Assembly: GCF_000002075.1 (NCBI RefSeq)
Contig: NW_004797282.1
Coordinates: forward strand, 2,292,830-2,354,799
Source: Aplysia californica
Taxonomy: Eukaryota
DNA length: 61,970 nt
Direction of reading: 5' to 3'
Shown here one piece after another: positions 14,151-25,636 of this stretch (position 1 is the stretch's first letter; every line of letters begins with the position of its first letter). Position numbers and translations under genes: made by a program. Under the pieces are notes generated by a model. The model did no database searches. It saw nothing but the letters and a program-made list of their open reading frames with translations, and had not been told where the DNA came from.

Positions 14151-14761
14151 CTTCAATTCAAGTGTCCCGTAAACTTTGTCTTATCTTGATTGCTTTTATG
14201 ATCGAGCGCCCACGTGGATTTCTTCAAGTACTACCGTATTTTCATTTTTTTCCCCTTTCAAGATGTTCTCAGCAATTTCCATTTCTGCTGCTTTTATTTC
14301 ATTTTCACTGTCTTGGTGATTGTCCACCATTAACAGAACTTTCATTTTGGAGAGCACCGAAATATTGAGCTTTAAAAAAAAATAATTAAATAAATAATAT
14401 GTAGTATTGGTTGCATGTCCTCAAGAAACATTTTCTTAAACGTCAAATCTAAAAACAAGCCAGAAAAAAGGCACAAAATGAGTAAAATCGTTTTAAAAAA
14501 TGAAAGTTTTTTTCTTCTTTAAATCTCTTCTGTAAAAACTGTGTTTTTGGCCTGAATATTATTTCTCAACAGCTTGCCTATTATATTACTATATTATGGA
14601 ATTTCACGATCACAAAAAACAGAAACCACGAATACAATATTACATTTGCATTTTGTTGTCTAGCTTTCTAGAATATAAACGTATTTTATTCTCTTTGTAC
14701 ATTTGAAAAACTCACACAAAAATGAAGTATCTATGAACTGCTATTCAGTTTGAAAGAACCA

Positions 14762-14762
14762 G

Positions 14763-14832
<70 letters not shown>
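14762..14832. repeat. (CAA)n microsatellite
   Basis: Direct reading. Confidence 0.95.
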
Positions 14833-14833
<1 letters not shown>

Positions 14834-16805
14834 AAATATCCCCTATATTAAAAAAGAAATTAAAAAATCACCACTACACTAAGATACAACCGGAATTTGA
14901 GGCAATAATTAGAATGATTTTGGCTATAACACTTTATGGCATTGCTGAACAGTTACCTTTTTTTTTTCTTTCATGATTAAAGGGAGACATTTCGCTAGGC
15001 TTTGAAAGCTTGGAGGATTCACGCGTGTAGAATCTTTGTTTAAAGTTTATACTCTGCCTTTTAGCACTTGCTTTCAAAACATTAGAACTGCTGGTCTACT
15101 TCTATAGCCACTGTGATAAGTAGAACAGCTTTTAAACTGGTTTAATCTGATTCGATTGTAAATGTTTTGTGCATTCTTCGAAACAGTTTTCATCGTTTGG
15201 GAGGTGGGCTGCTTACACCCTACCTACCAGTACGCCTTGACTGGGATGATTTTGTTAGTACCGAAAGACTAATATATCGGATGAACTATTAAAGCGATAT
15301 CTACGAGTATTATGTTACGTTACAAAACAAAATCGCACTGTTTTTGCGTTGCTATAATATATATTTGTAACACACTGAGAGCCAGTTTTCTCTGAATCAA
15401 GGTTGAGCGCTATACACATTTTANNNNNNNNNNNNNNNNNNNNNNNNNNNNNNNNNNNNNNNNNNNNNNNNNNNNNNNNNNNNNNNNNNNNNNNNNNNNN
15501 NNNNNNNNNNNNNNNNNNNNNNNNNNNNNNNNNNNNNNNNNNNNNNNNNNNNNNNACTGAGTGACAATTCATAGGCACTTTTATTTTAATTGAGTTATAT
15601 AAGATACAGAGAGCTACATTGTGTTACCTATTCGTGTGTGTCGGCAGAACGCTATGCTTTTAGCAGAACGGTCCTACAAACCAAAATTGGAAACGAACAT
15701 GATTTCTACTAAATGCAACATTGTCAAACCGCATTGAAATTAACCATACGGCAAGCTGCTAGCTTGTATAAAGAATAAAATACGTTTCTATTCCAAAGAA
15801 GTAAATAATAAAATGCAAATGTAATAGTGTGTGCTCTGCATTTTGTGATCGTGAAATAAATTCCATATTATTATTTTCGGCAAGTTGTTGAAATATATTA
15901 AGCCCATAAACACAATTTTACTGAAGAGGTTTGAAGCAAAAAAAACAACTGTTTAATTCTTCTTAACAATATTATGTTACCTATTTTGTGCCTTTTTTCA
16001 AACTTTTTTTCAACGTTTAATTTAGGATTTGACTTTTGACAATAATATAATATCTTGAGGACGTTCAACCAATACTACACATTGAAAATGATCTTTTTTT
16101 CTCTCAAAATTTGGGCTTTAGCAAAATGAAAGTTCTATGAATGCTGGACAATCACTAAAGACAGTAAAAATGAAATAGAAGAAACAGAAAAGTAGTTTCT
16201 AAGGAGACTGTTGAGAATATCTTGGAAGGAAAAGAAATCAAAATGCGGTGGTACTTGAAGAAGCCCACATGGGCGTTCACCGTTAAAAAACATTACCGGC
16301 GCCCTACCCTAAAACTTCATCCCGAAGCCTCCATGTTCTTTGCTACTCTTGCCTGCCCCTGGGTCACATGCTCCACACCCTTCCTTCAAGCACCTCTTTC
16401 ACAATGGGGCACACCATTGTTCACTGAATAGTATTAAGTAGATCTAAGTAAAGCGTGGTAAAGGAATAATAGCTGAGTCCGTTTAACGAGGAAAATTTCA
16501 AAGAATTTATTCTAGTTCACTCTTAACCTCAGCGTCAGTGTTCTAGTAGTTAAGCTCTAGGAATCTCAACCATAAGGTCGTGAGTTCGAATCCCCATTCT
16601 AGGCCTGACATTGTGTCCTTGTGAAAGGCACTTTACATAAACTTCCTCACTTCACCCTGGGTGTGAAATGGTACCGACATAGACCACTAAAGATCTTATC
16701 AGTTTGTTAGTGTTTGAGTGCATGTAAACTGCAGATTGCACTGTTTGCTTTCAGAAAAGCTGAAAATATTTCTGAATCGTATTGTAGGGTGTGCTGGGGC
16801 AATAC

Positions 16806-17041
16806 GCTACCTCAGAATCACAAGGTTGCTCAATAACTTGTTTTGAGAAATTCGACGTCAAAATTGTTGAGTTTCACAATATGTCAAGTTTTTTAGAATG
16901 CAGTTCTTTGAATGTCTTGATAACGACTCCAAATATCGTTACGATTTTTATAAAACAGATAGAGCACTTTCTTTCGCACCTCATGGTTTTAGTTACTCAA
17001 AATCGGCCAAAAATGTCAGAACTTCGTAAATCTGAGGTAGC
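16806..17041. mobile_element. MITE with GCTACCTCAGAATCACAA-type terminal inverted repeats (TIRs)
   Basis: Starts GCTACCTCAGAATCAC and ends TCTGAGGTAGC. Related copies at ~12770-12990, 22613..22860, 24367-24600, 34303..34711, ~47950-48335 and ~6400-6535. Confidence 0.75.
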
Positions 17042-17134
17042 ATATAATGGTTGTAAACCGCACAGAGAATGCTGCATGGCGAGGATGTGCGCTATTCAGA
17101 TGCAATCGCTATCTATTAGATTTAATTGTTTCTA

Positions 17135-17527
17135 ATATGTGAGGCAGCGTGGTGGAATCAGGCTCTCGTCAATTTTTGGGCATGTAGAGTTATTGGTGTC
17201 ATCCATTTATCTTGAATGCAAGTCAAAATATTTGATAATGAAGGAGATGGAGTCACCTGTTTTCAAAGGTAAAATTAGTGGGAAAATGGCCACCAAAGAT
17301 TAGTTATTTCCTTCGCTTAAGAGTCCGTGGTAACTGAAAACTTACATTTTTTGTGCCTTTAATCAACGTTTTTAAGAAAAATCCACACAGAAATGAGTTC
17401 TTCAATGGACATGAAAGGTGTTGAGCCAAAAAACAAAAATTTCATAAAAACTCACAAACCTGCGGAAAAATACAAGTTTCTTCACTATTTTGACGAGAGC
17501 CTGATTCCACCACGCTGCCTCACATAT
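17135..17527. mobile_element. MITE with ~38-bp perfect TIRs
   Basis: ATATGTGAGGCAGCGTGGTGGAATCAGGCTCTCGTCAA ... TTGACGAGAGCCTGATTCCACCACGCTGCCTCACATAT; no coding capacity. A second copy lies at 56540..56983. Confidence 0.88.
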
Positions 17528-17534
17528 ATTATTA

Positions 17535-19040
17535 TTGTTCCGCACTAATTACCTGTCGGTGTAATCTTAAGATTGCGCTGCGCGATTGAACGATCGTATG
17601 ATTGCGCGGCATTTTGAAGATTGCGTTAATATTTCAATGTTAATTTAAAATTCAATTTTCATATTTTAAAATTTTTGAAAATATCTGAATGTTCCTTGAT
17701 GTGAGTAAAAGAATAAAGATGAAAGTGAATAATAAAAATAATAATAAATTATTTCAAAAATATAAAATATTAACGCAATTTTAAGATTGCCGTGCAATTA
17801 TCATCATCATCCGGTGCCTTGCCGACTGGCGTGGGCGATCATGGACCTCCACTTCCATCTATCTTTCGAAGCAGCAATGGTGTCTGTTATTCTTGCTGCT
17901 CACGGCCATGTTGTCATCTTGTCCAGTATCTTTTCCCTCTGTCTGCCTCTACCTCTCTTTCCATCAAACTTTCCTGTTGTTACAATGTTCTCTAATGCTT
18001 CTTTCCGCATTGTGTGTCGAAAAAATTTGCCTGTCGTTTTCTTATATTCGTGATAAGTTGTTTTCTATAATTTGCTTCAACCAGGACTTCTTCATTTGTT
18101 TTTCTAGCTGTCCATGGGATACGTAGCATGCGTCTCATGAACCACAACTCTGCCGCAACAATTGTTCTTTCCAGCTGTTTATTGATTGCCCATGCTTCGC
18201 ACCCGTATAATAGGGTTGGCTCGATGTAACTTTTCATTACTCTTTTCCTCTTTTCCAGTGACAGATTGATGTTTGTTAGTATCTGTTTCATCTTGTGGAA
18301 GGTTGCTTTTGCTTGGCAAATGCGGCTTTTAATTTCGGTGTGACATCTACCATCTGATGATATAATGGTCCCCAAATATTTAAAATGTTGTACTTGCTTC
18401 AGGGTGGTATCATTGATTTTGATATTGCATGTTGGGATTGGAGTATTTCTGCTTATCTCCATCGTTTCGGTTTTCTTGATGTTTAGGTTTAAGCCCATGT
18501 TGTCACTCTCTTGTACGATGACATTTAATAGATTCTGCAGGTGTTTTTCATCTTCTGCTATTAGGACTTTGTCATCTGCATATCTTAGATTGTTTATATT
18601 GTGTCCCCCTATCGAGATACCAGGCATTTCTTCTATGTGTCTCATGATACTTTCACTATACAGGGAGAACAAGACTGGAGAAAGTACACATCCTTGTCTG
18701 ACTCCCTCTTTTAATCTGTATGTATTCGCTGATGTCATTTTCTATTCTCATTGCAGCAGTTTGATCCCAGTACATGTTTTTGATAATCCGTAAGTCCTTC
18801 CCGTCGATATTAAGAACTTCCAGCATGTCGATGATCTTGTCGTGCCTGATTTTGTCGAATGCCTTGGTGTAGTCTATAAAACATAAATGAAGATCTTTCT
18901 GAACTTCTAGGGCACGTTCTATTGTTGTTCTGATGACATATATGGCATTTACAGTGCCTTTGCCCGTGCAATTATACGATCGTTAAAACGCTCAGCACAA
19001 TCTTAAGATTGCATCGATCGGTAATAATTAGCGCGGAGCA
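17535..19040. mobile_element. Fold-back MITE with ~75-bp imperfect TIRs, interrupted by an RTE insertion
   Basis: 17536-17610 (TGTTCCGCACTAATT...AATCTTAAGATTG...AACGATCGTATGATTGCGCGG) is the reverse complement of 18964-19040, apart from scattered mismatches. Confidence 0.75.
17802..18963 (-). mobile_element. 5'-truncated RTE-clade LINE (RT C-terminal half)
   Basis: ORF 17992..18738 has GVRQGCVLSPVLF, LRYADD, FKYLG, LLYGCEAW; FIDYTKAFDKI lies upstream near 18850-18885. (GAT)n 3' tail at ~17802-17811. Perfect 12-bp TSD CCGTGCAATTAT at 17790..17801 and 18964..18975. Confidence 0.93.
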
Positions 19041-20142
19041 TTGTCATCGAACTCACTTTTTTTCTAAACGAATGGAAGAACTAAATCACTGAATTACAGC
19101 ACTATAAACGCAAGATTTGACAACAAATACCAGCGAAGTAATGATAAACTCTTCTAACGTTGTTGCGCATGGTAAATGTTCGTGTATAGGTTAAACGTTC
19201 CTGTCGATACTATTCGGGTATCTAAGAAGTGGGACCTCTGAATTTAACGTCTGTCTCCGATAGGACTGAATCAAAATATGGGTCCAGACTGATTCCTGGG
19301 AGAAACGTTTTATTGATTTTTAAAGGGATTTTTTTGCTGTTGTTGGTATTTTTCTTCAAATCGATTTCCCTGGGGCTCTCGAGGTCCAAAGGTTACTGTG
19401 TTCGCTTCTCATTCAATAGGTCCCGAGTTCTAAACTTGACAACTACGGAATATTTTCTTCTTTAAATTGTTCTCCTTTCCCCTTTTTCCCTGCTCTTTAA
19501 CCATGTTCTGTCGCCTTCTCTTGTCTCCATTTTCTGCCACTCTCCCTCCCCCCTTTGCCCCTTCCCCTTGGGCTCCAGACTCTTTCTGCAGTCTTTCTAC
19601 TGAAAAAGATCTTACCCCAAACCTTCTCTATTAAGGCGGGAAATCTAGGAGATCCCGTCTGCAAGATGCGTATGTTAAAGATCCCTTGGTGGTCCAAAAT
19701 CGATAAGAATATACTTTGGCCTCCATTCGGACAAAATTCAAAATTTTATACCAACTGAAAATGTTTAATGTGTTCCGCGCACTCATTTGACCTTGTGCAG
19801 TTGCAAGCCCCGTAAAACTCTTTTAAAAAAACGAGCCCCCCCCTCCCACATCTGTATACGGAGATGTTCTGTCCACGCTCTCCACTCAGGTTGGCCCAGG
19901 GTCCGGCCAGGTAGTATCAAAGCAGCCGGCCTCCTAAATAGCCTAAATAGAGTCGGATCGGCCGTACTCTTACGATAGAAACCGTACCGGATTATATTTT
20001 TGGAAAACTGGATCTTTACAAAGTATTGCAATTTTTATTAGAAATATAACAACAGAACGATAAAATTTTGTCGCTTAATAAATTAGCAGTTAAAAACTCG
20101 CCATCACCCATTGCACATCTAGGATTAATGTCAGGATAGCAG

Positions 20143-20212
20143 TATATAAACCCATGCTCTGCTGTCGTCAAAATGCAAACCACTTCAGACCGAGCTTAGG
20201 ACTTTGGTAAGT
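20143..20212 (+). promoter_or_regulatory. TATA box and short non-coding first exon of paralog B
   Basis: TATATAAA 20143..20150, predicted exon ~20170..20206, donor GTAAGT 20207..20212. The acceptor TTTTATAG ends at 21557. Confidence 0.65.
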
Positions 20213-20889
20213 ATGTGTACGACGTGCAAGTTGTTGTGATACGTGATAATACCGACGAATTACAATCTGATCTTCTCTACAAAATATTTTAAGATTTCAC
20301 TTTTAAGTAATCGAACTTCTGTTAAATTGTTGAGCTGTTGATATAACAACATTAACGTTTACTTTAAATGTATACCTCTGTTCTAAGAAACATTGACTAA
20401 TCTAGATAATACTTAAAAACAACTTTGAGAACCACTTTACGTAACATGAATTTTCAATTAGATAAGTGTTTAGTTTCGTTTTAGTAAGAGTTTTACGGCA
20501 CTTGTAACACAATAAGGTTATATAAGGGCCTTAGATTAAAGGTGTTACAAGTGAGTAACAAGGAGGAGAGATACGAACGATAGATGTTTGATAGGAAAGA
20601 AGGAGCAAACCACACCAAAGCACCCGCCAACCACCAACTCGTAGATGCATGACAAATAAACTAACAGGCATACATTGACTTAGTTCAATTTTTAGTATAA
20701 CTTAAATGTTAATAAACGGCATTCTGTGACTTCTTTCACTAGAAAAAGCTTCCGACATAACACGGAGGTCTCAGCAGAGACCTGCATACTCTCGGTTTAC
20801 GTTGGCGATCATAGACCCCCCGTTCCGTCTGTCTTGCGTTTAAGAACTGATGTCTGTTGTTCTTGCTGCTCCCAGCTACGGATCTAGGA

Positions 20890-21340
20890 ATCCTCAAATA
20901 AAATCAGTGGAAAGACAACAGAAGATGATGCTGCTAAAACTTGAAAAGTGGGCAAATAAAACCAGTTTCAAGTTTTCTACGTCAGAGTCGATTACTGTGT
21001 ACTTCTGTTGTCTAATTCGGCAGACGTGTATTACAACCGAGGTTGACATTATGCGGGGGAGATGATTCCCGTTCTGCAACAGGATCGTGTCCTAGAGTAT
21101 TTTTTTTTAACAAAAGATGAACGCTCATCCCGCACATTAAACACATTCACGTGAGGTGCCAGGAGTCCTTAAATCTGTTTCATCCGGAATAGGGATTTGG
21201 GGGGGGGGGGGTGGAGACTCCAGACACCTCCTCCATCTTTACTGTTCTACGTCAGGCCCAAGCTTGACTACGGCTGTCAAGTCTATGGATTAGTGAAGGG
21301 TTCTCTGGGGCAGAAAATACTGAGGTCAAAATCTCTTTGC
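20890..21340 (+). mobile_element. Old LINE RT C-terminal fragment in the 5'-UTR intron, shared with paralog A (mirror at ~10220-10420 and ~10700-10930)
   Basis: LEKWANKTSFKFSTSE, HIKHIHVRCQ and RPKLDYGCQVY-like motifs. Present in both arms, so it predates the inverted duplication. Confidence 0.6.
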
Positions 21341-21585
21341 TAAATCGTCTCATGTAAGGATCGATAACTTATCTTTTTTGTCTTATAAAAGCTAGTGCCT
21401 AAGTAATGAGACAGGAAAAAGGTCTACAGATCTGATACCTGTTCTTTCTTTTTCTTGTTGTTTGCTGCAGATGTAAAGTTATTCTTCCTACTATTTGCTA
21501 TTTTAATTATTCTTTATCTCCATTATGAATACATGTAGTATTAACCTTATTTTATAGCACATTCCGGACGACTTTTTACCACAAA

Positions 21586-22999
21586 ATGGATCTTTCTGCC
21601 CATCTGGTCCTGCCTCTGGTGGCTTTGGCCTTGACCTTTGCGTCAACCTCAGGAGCTGTTCCATCGTCTAGGACCACACCCTGTTGTATGCCAGACTCGT
21701 TTTCCATCACTGTCTACAACATGGGAGACGAGGTATGTCTTTTTACAGGAGCTTTTTATCAGCTATTCTACTTAGAAAATTGTGCAACTTGCTGTTGACT
21801 GTAACAATAATACTTCTGTAAAAAAAAATTGGACAGACTTTACGTACTATGTTTAATCACCATTCTACCACCACTAAATATTTTATCCATAAAGATTGAT
21901 AACGTTTTGGTTCCCTGTAGTTCGCCCCAGAATACTTTGTATATCCCCTCATTGCAAAAGTTGTGGTCAAGAGAATGTAGCAAATCTGTTATGAACGGTG
22001 CCTGTAATGTAGCAATTAGGTGTTCTGTCGTTGAACTTTTGTTTCCAGAGTGAAGATAAAAATTTATATCAATTATCTCGGTATTTCGGGTAAGATGTTG
22101 CATTCCTCTCAGCCTCAGTTGGCTCTGACAAGCACAGCCACCTTAATGATCTACATTGTTTTTATAGGGACGTAAAAACACCTCCATCGAAAAAATAACG
22201 AATTTTTAAATGTAAGAACATCAACTTCTACGAGCCTCTTCCGTGCTTTATATAAATTTGTGGGCTCGAAATCTTGCAAGTCTAAAGGATCAAAGATGGG
22301 GCAATGTGGATGACACAGCAACACTCTCCTCACATACCCGAGGACCTAGTCTTTAGTCAGAGTCACCATAGGTTAGATGCACTTGCTTATGTCTCTTCCA
22401 GAGCACAGATTTGGAACTCAAAAAACTGACTCTTGACAATAGCCCAGCCTCTCAAAGAGCATTTGTCTGAATATTAATAGCCGGCAAGACAACAGTCTCT
22501 ACAGTTTTTGTTGCCTTGTCACATTATTGTGATGCTTTTAAAGCAGTCCTCATAGTACGTCTTTGCCTGGGAGGTAGACATTGTGGACGTATATTGCCAA
22601 AGTACATATGTCGCTACCTTAGAACTACTAAGTTATATCTGTCCAGTATCTAATTTTTTCAGAATTCTGACGTAAAAATAATTTAAATTTCACAACATAA
22701 ATAATATCAAGTTTTTCGAATACAATTATTTAAATATTTCGATAACGACTAAATAATCTTACAATTTTGATATAACAGATATAACATTGAGTTTCTGACC
22801 ACGTGATCTTTGAAATGCAAAACGTCCAAAAAATTCAGAACTCTGTAATTCTAAGGTAGCATTAAACTATTCCCCTTTCTCCAGAACTTCACCTCTTTAT
22901 ATTATACTAGGTAACAAGCCTACAGTTTTTGCAATATTCTGATCCAACACAACCCATCCTCCATCCCCTTCCTTTTCCCCAAACCAAACACACACAAAC

Positions 23000-23062
<63 letters not shown>

Positions 23063-25636
23063 CACACACGCGCACGCTCATTAAANNNNNNNNNNNNNNN
23101 NNNNNNNNNNNNNNNNNNNNNNNNNNNNNNNNNNNNNNNNNNNNNNNNNNNNNNNNNNNNNNNNNNNNNNNNNNNNNNNNNNNNNNNNNNNNNNNNNNNN
23201 NNNNNNNNNNNNNNNNNNNNNNNNNNNNNNNCAGCGTTGGGATCTTGCTATAAGGGACTTCACACACGGCAAGGTCATTGCTTACGTCCTGGGACAAGAG
23301 GGCGACTATATCTTCATGGACGAGGTTGCTGGGAAAAGATACACCAGACTGAATGGCAAATGCATGTAATATCCACATGGACAGATTCTATATCTTTCAA
23401 TAAAAACGTGTTTCATTTAATGTGTCAGCCATAATTCATAACACAGGCATTACATTTTCATCATTCACTAATATAAAGAATGCAAGATTGAAATTATTAT
23501 TCTTTATAATACTATAATATGACCATGTTGCTGCTTAACAGGTTGTCGACTCTTCGAGATTCAGATTTTAATCTATAAAACTTAATTTATACAAGAATGT
23601 CACACAATTTTTTTACACTGCCTGGTTTTCCTCGTCACAAATCTCACACCTCACATCCACCACCTTTTTAAGGTAAGGTAGATAAAATTAATCTTTAGTG
23701 TTCTGATCCTGGCACACATACACATATACATACATATTCGTTNNNNNNNNNNNNNNNNNNNNNNNNNNNNNNNNNNNNNNNNNNNNNNNNNNNNNNNNNN
23801 NNNNNNNNNNNNNNNNNNNNNNNNNNNNNNNNNNNNNNNNNNNNNNNNNNNNNNNNNNNNNNNNNNNNNNNNNNNNNNNNNNNNNNNNNNNNNNNNNNNN
23901 NNNNNNNNNNNNNNNNNNNNNNNNNNNNNNNNNNNNNNNNNNNNNNNNNNNNNTCCATAAACACATGTACATATAACTATAATAATACATTTGTATGCTT
24001 GCACTCACATGCATGATATAGATAAACAATAATGGTTACCATTTATAAAATATAATAAGTTAGATACGTAATCAGTGTTTTGACTGCAACCAAATGATAT
24101 CCTAATATTGCATGCTTCATAGATCATTGGAATACTTATATTTCAAGATGATTATCAAAGTAGGAGTTTAATGGATGATGTACTTCCGATCCTTACCAGA
24201 GTGACTGATCTGCCAAACAAGCAGTACATACCTCATTGTATCGATCAAAACGCCACTCTGGTCTATGAAGCTCCTGACGTGGCTGCCTGGGAAGTGGACG
24301 TGAGTTGACCATTGTAATAATTAATAGCAGACTTAGCTCTGTTAATAAAACCGATGCCAAATTATGGCTACCTTAAAATGACAAAGCTCTATCTGACATT
24401 TTCAGCCATTTTGAGTTACTAAGACCATTAGGTCTGGAACCAAAATTTCTGTCTGCTTTATCAAAATCATAAGATGATTCGTAATTGTTATCAAGATATT
24501 CAAGGAATTGCTTTCACAAAAGCCTGACATGTTGCAGAACACTTTTTAACGTCAAATTTCTCAAACTAGGTACTGAGCAGATAGAGCTTGTGATTCTAGG
24601 AAAGCGAAATGTACGAGCTAAAACTCACCACACATTACTGGGCATTACTGGGCATAAACGTATTTTAAAATCGCCTTCTTATTAATGGCTCTTTTAATGT
24701 TCCAACAAATAATTGACAAAACTGGACCAAGTAAGGGCCAGAGCTTTACAGTGATTAGCAAGCTCCATGGAAAACGGCGTGCTGATAAAATTTTAATGAG
24801 TTATTTTTCACGATCCACGAATGGAGCTCTCTGCCAAAAAAAAAAAGACTCACGAACTTGGTAGATTTACAACTTGTACTATTTGCTTCAAGTTAAATAT
24901 CTGTGTTTTAATGCTATTATTTCATATAATAAATTATTTAAATTCAACCCGTACATGGGATGTTTCTATTTGTTTCCGCATGGGTAAACTCCGACTATTA
25001 AATCATTTTGCCACCACACCTAAACCATATCCTGAAATCCACGTCACGGAGATTGCTTGGTGGAACTGAGGACACGGTTTTAAACAGTCCTGGTCAGAGT
25101 TGTACTTGTAACTCAAAGGTCCTGGGTTCGGATCCCATCAGGGGTCTGACACTGTATTCTTTGGAAGACACTGTACATACATGTTCCTTAGTTCATCCAT
25201 TTGGGAATAGGCAGCCGAAAATTTTATCAGTTTGTTAGTGTTTGAACGCTTGACAATAGGCTGCTGGCACTGTATACTTCATGGGAAGCCGAGAATGCTT
25301 CTAGGTGTTCTACTTTTAAAATCTTGATCATCTTGAATGTGCATTGTCGCATTGCAGGGTGACTTAATAAATAAGACATCTTTGTACCACGACTCCTCTA
25401 AGGGTTTTTTTCTGTCCCTTTAACGTTTTATTTTGTCTTTGCCTCTCCATATCCCCTAGAACGCTGACGTGAAAGAAACGTGGGTGATGTCTAAGGACAA
25501 ATGCTTCCCCATGGCCGCACGTCTTGAGGACAAGAAAAATGGCATCAATAAGCTCCTTTCTTTCGCGGACCCTACGGAGATAACGGTACCCCAAAAACTG
25601 TTCGACGTAGATATCAGTGACTGTGTTGAGGCTTAA
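21586..25636 (+). CDS. Secreted ependymin-related (EPDR-like) protein, paralog B; 4 coding exons, 184 aa
   Basis: Exons 21586..21732, 23235..23365, 24200..24299, 25460..25636 (147+131+100+177=555 nt), all GT/AG, open frame ending TAA. Protein: MDLSAHLVLPLVALALTFASTSGAVPSSRTTPCCMPDSFSITVYNMGDE|RWDLAIRDFTHGKVIAYVLGQEGDYIFMDEVAGKRYTRLNGKC|IVTDLPNKQYIPHCIDQNATLVYEAPDVAAWEVD|NADVKETWVMSKDKCFPMAARLEDKKNGINKLLSFADPTEITVPQKLFDVDISDCVEA*. It differs from paralog A at 19 residues by hand count. Confidence 0.88.

Noticed and set aside
22920-23434. ORFs MWILHAFAIQ... and MGSCYKGLH... conserved between the arms
   Set aside because: They are alternative or antisense frames of exon 2; only the RWDL...GKC frame fits the splice phases and is conserved in all four paralogs.
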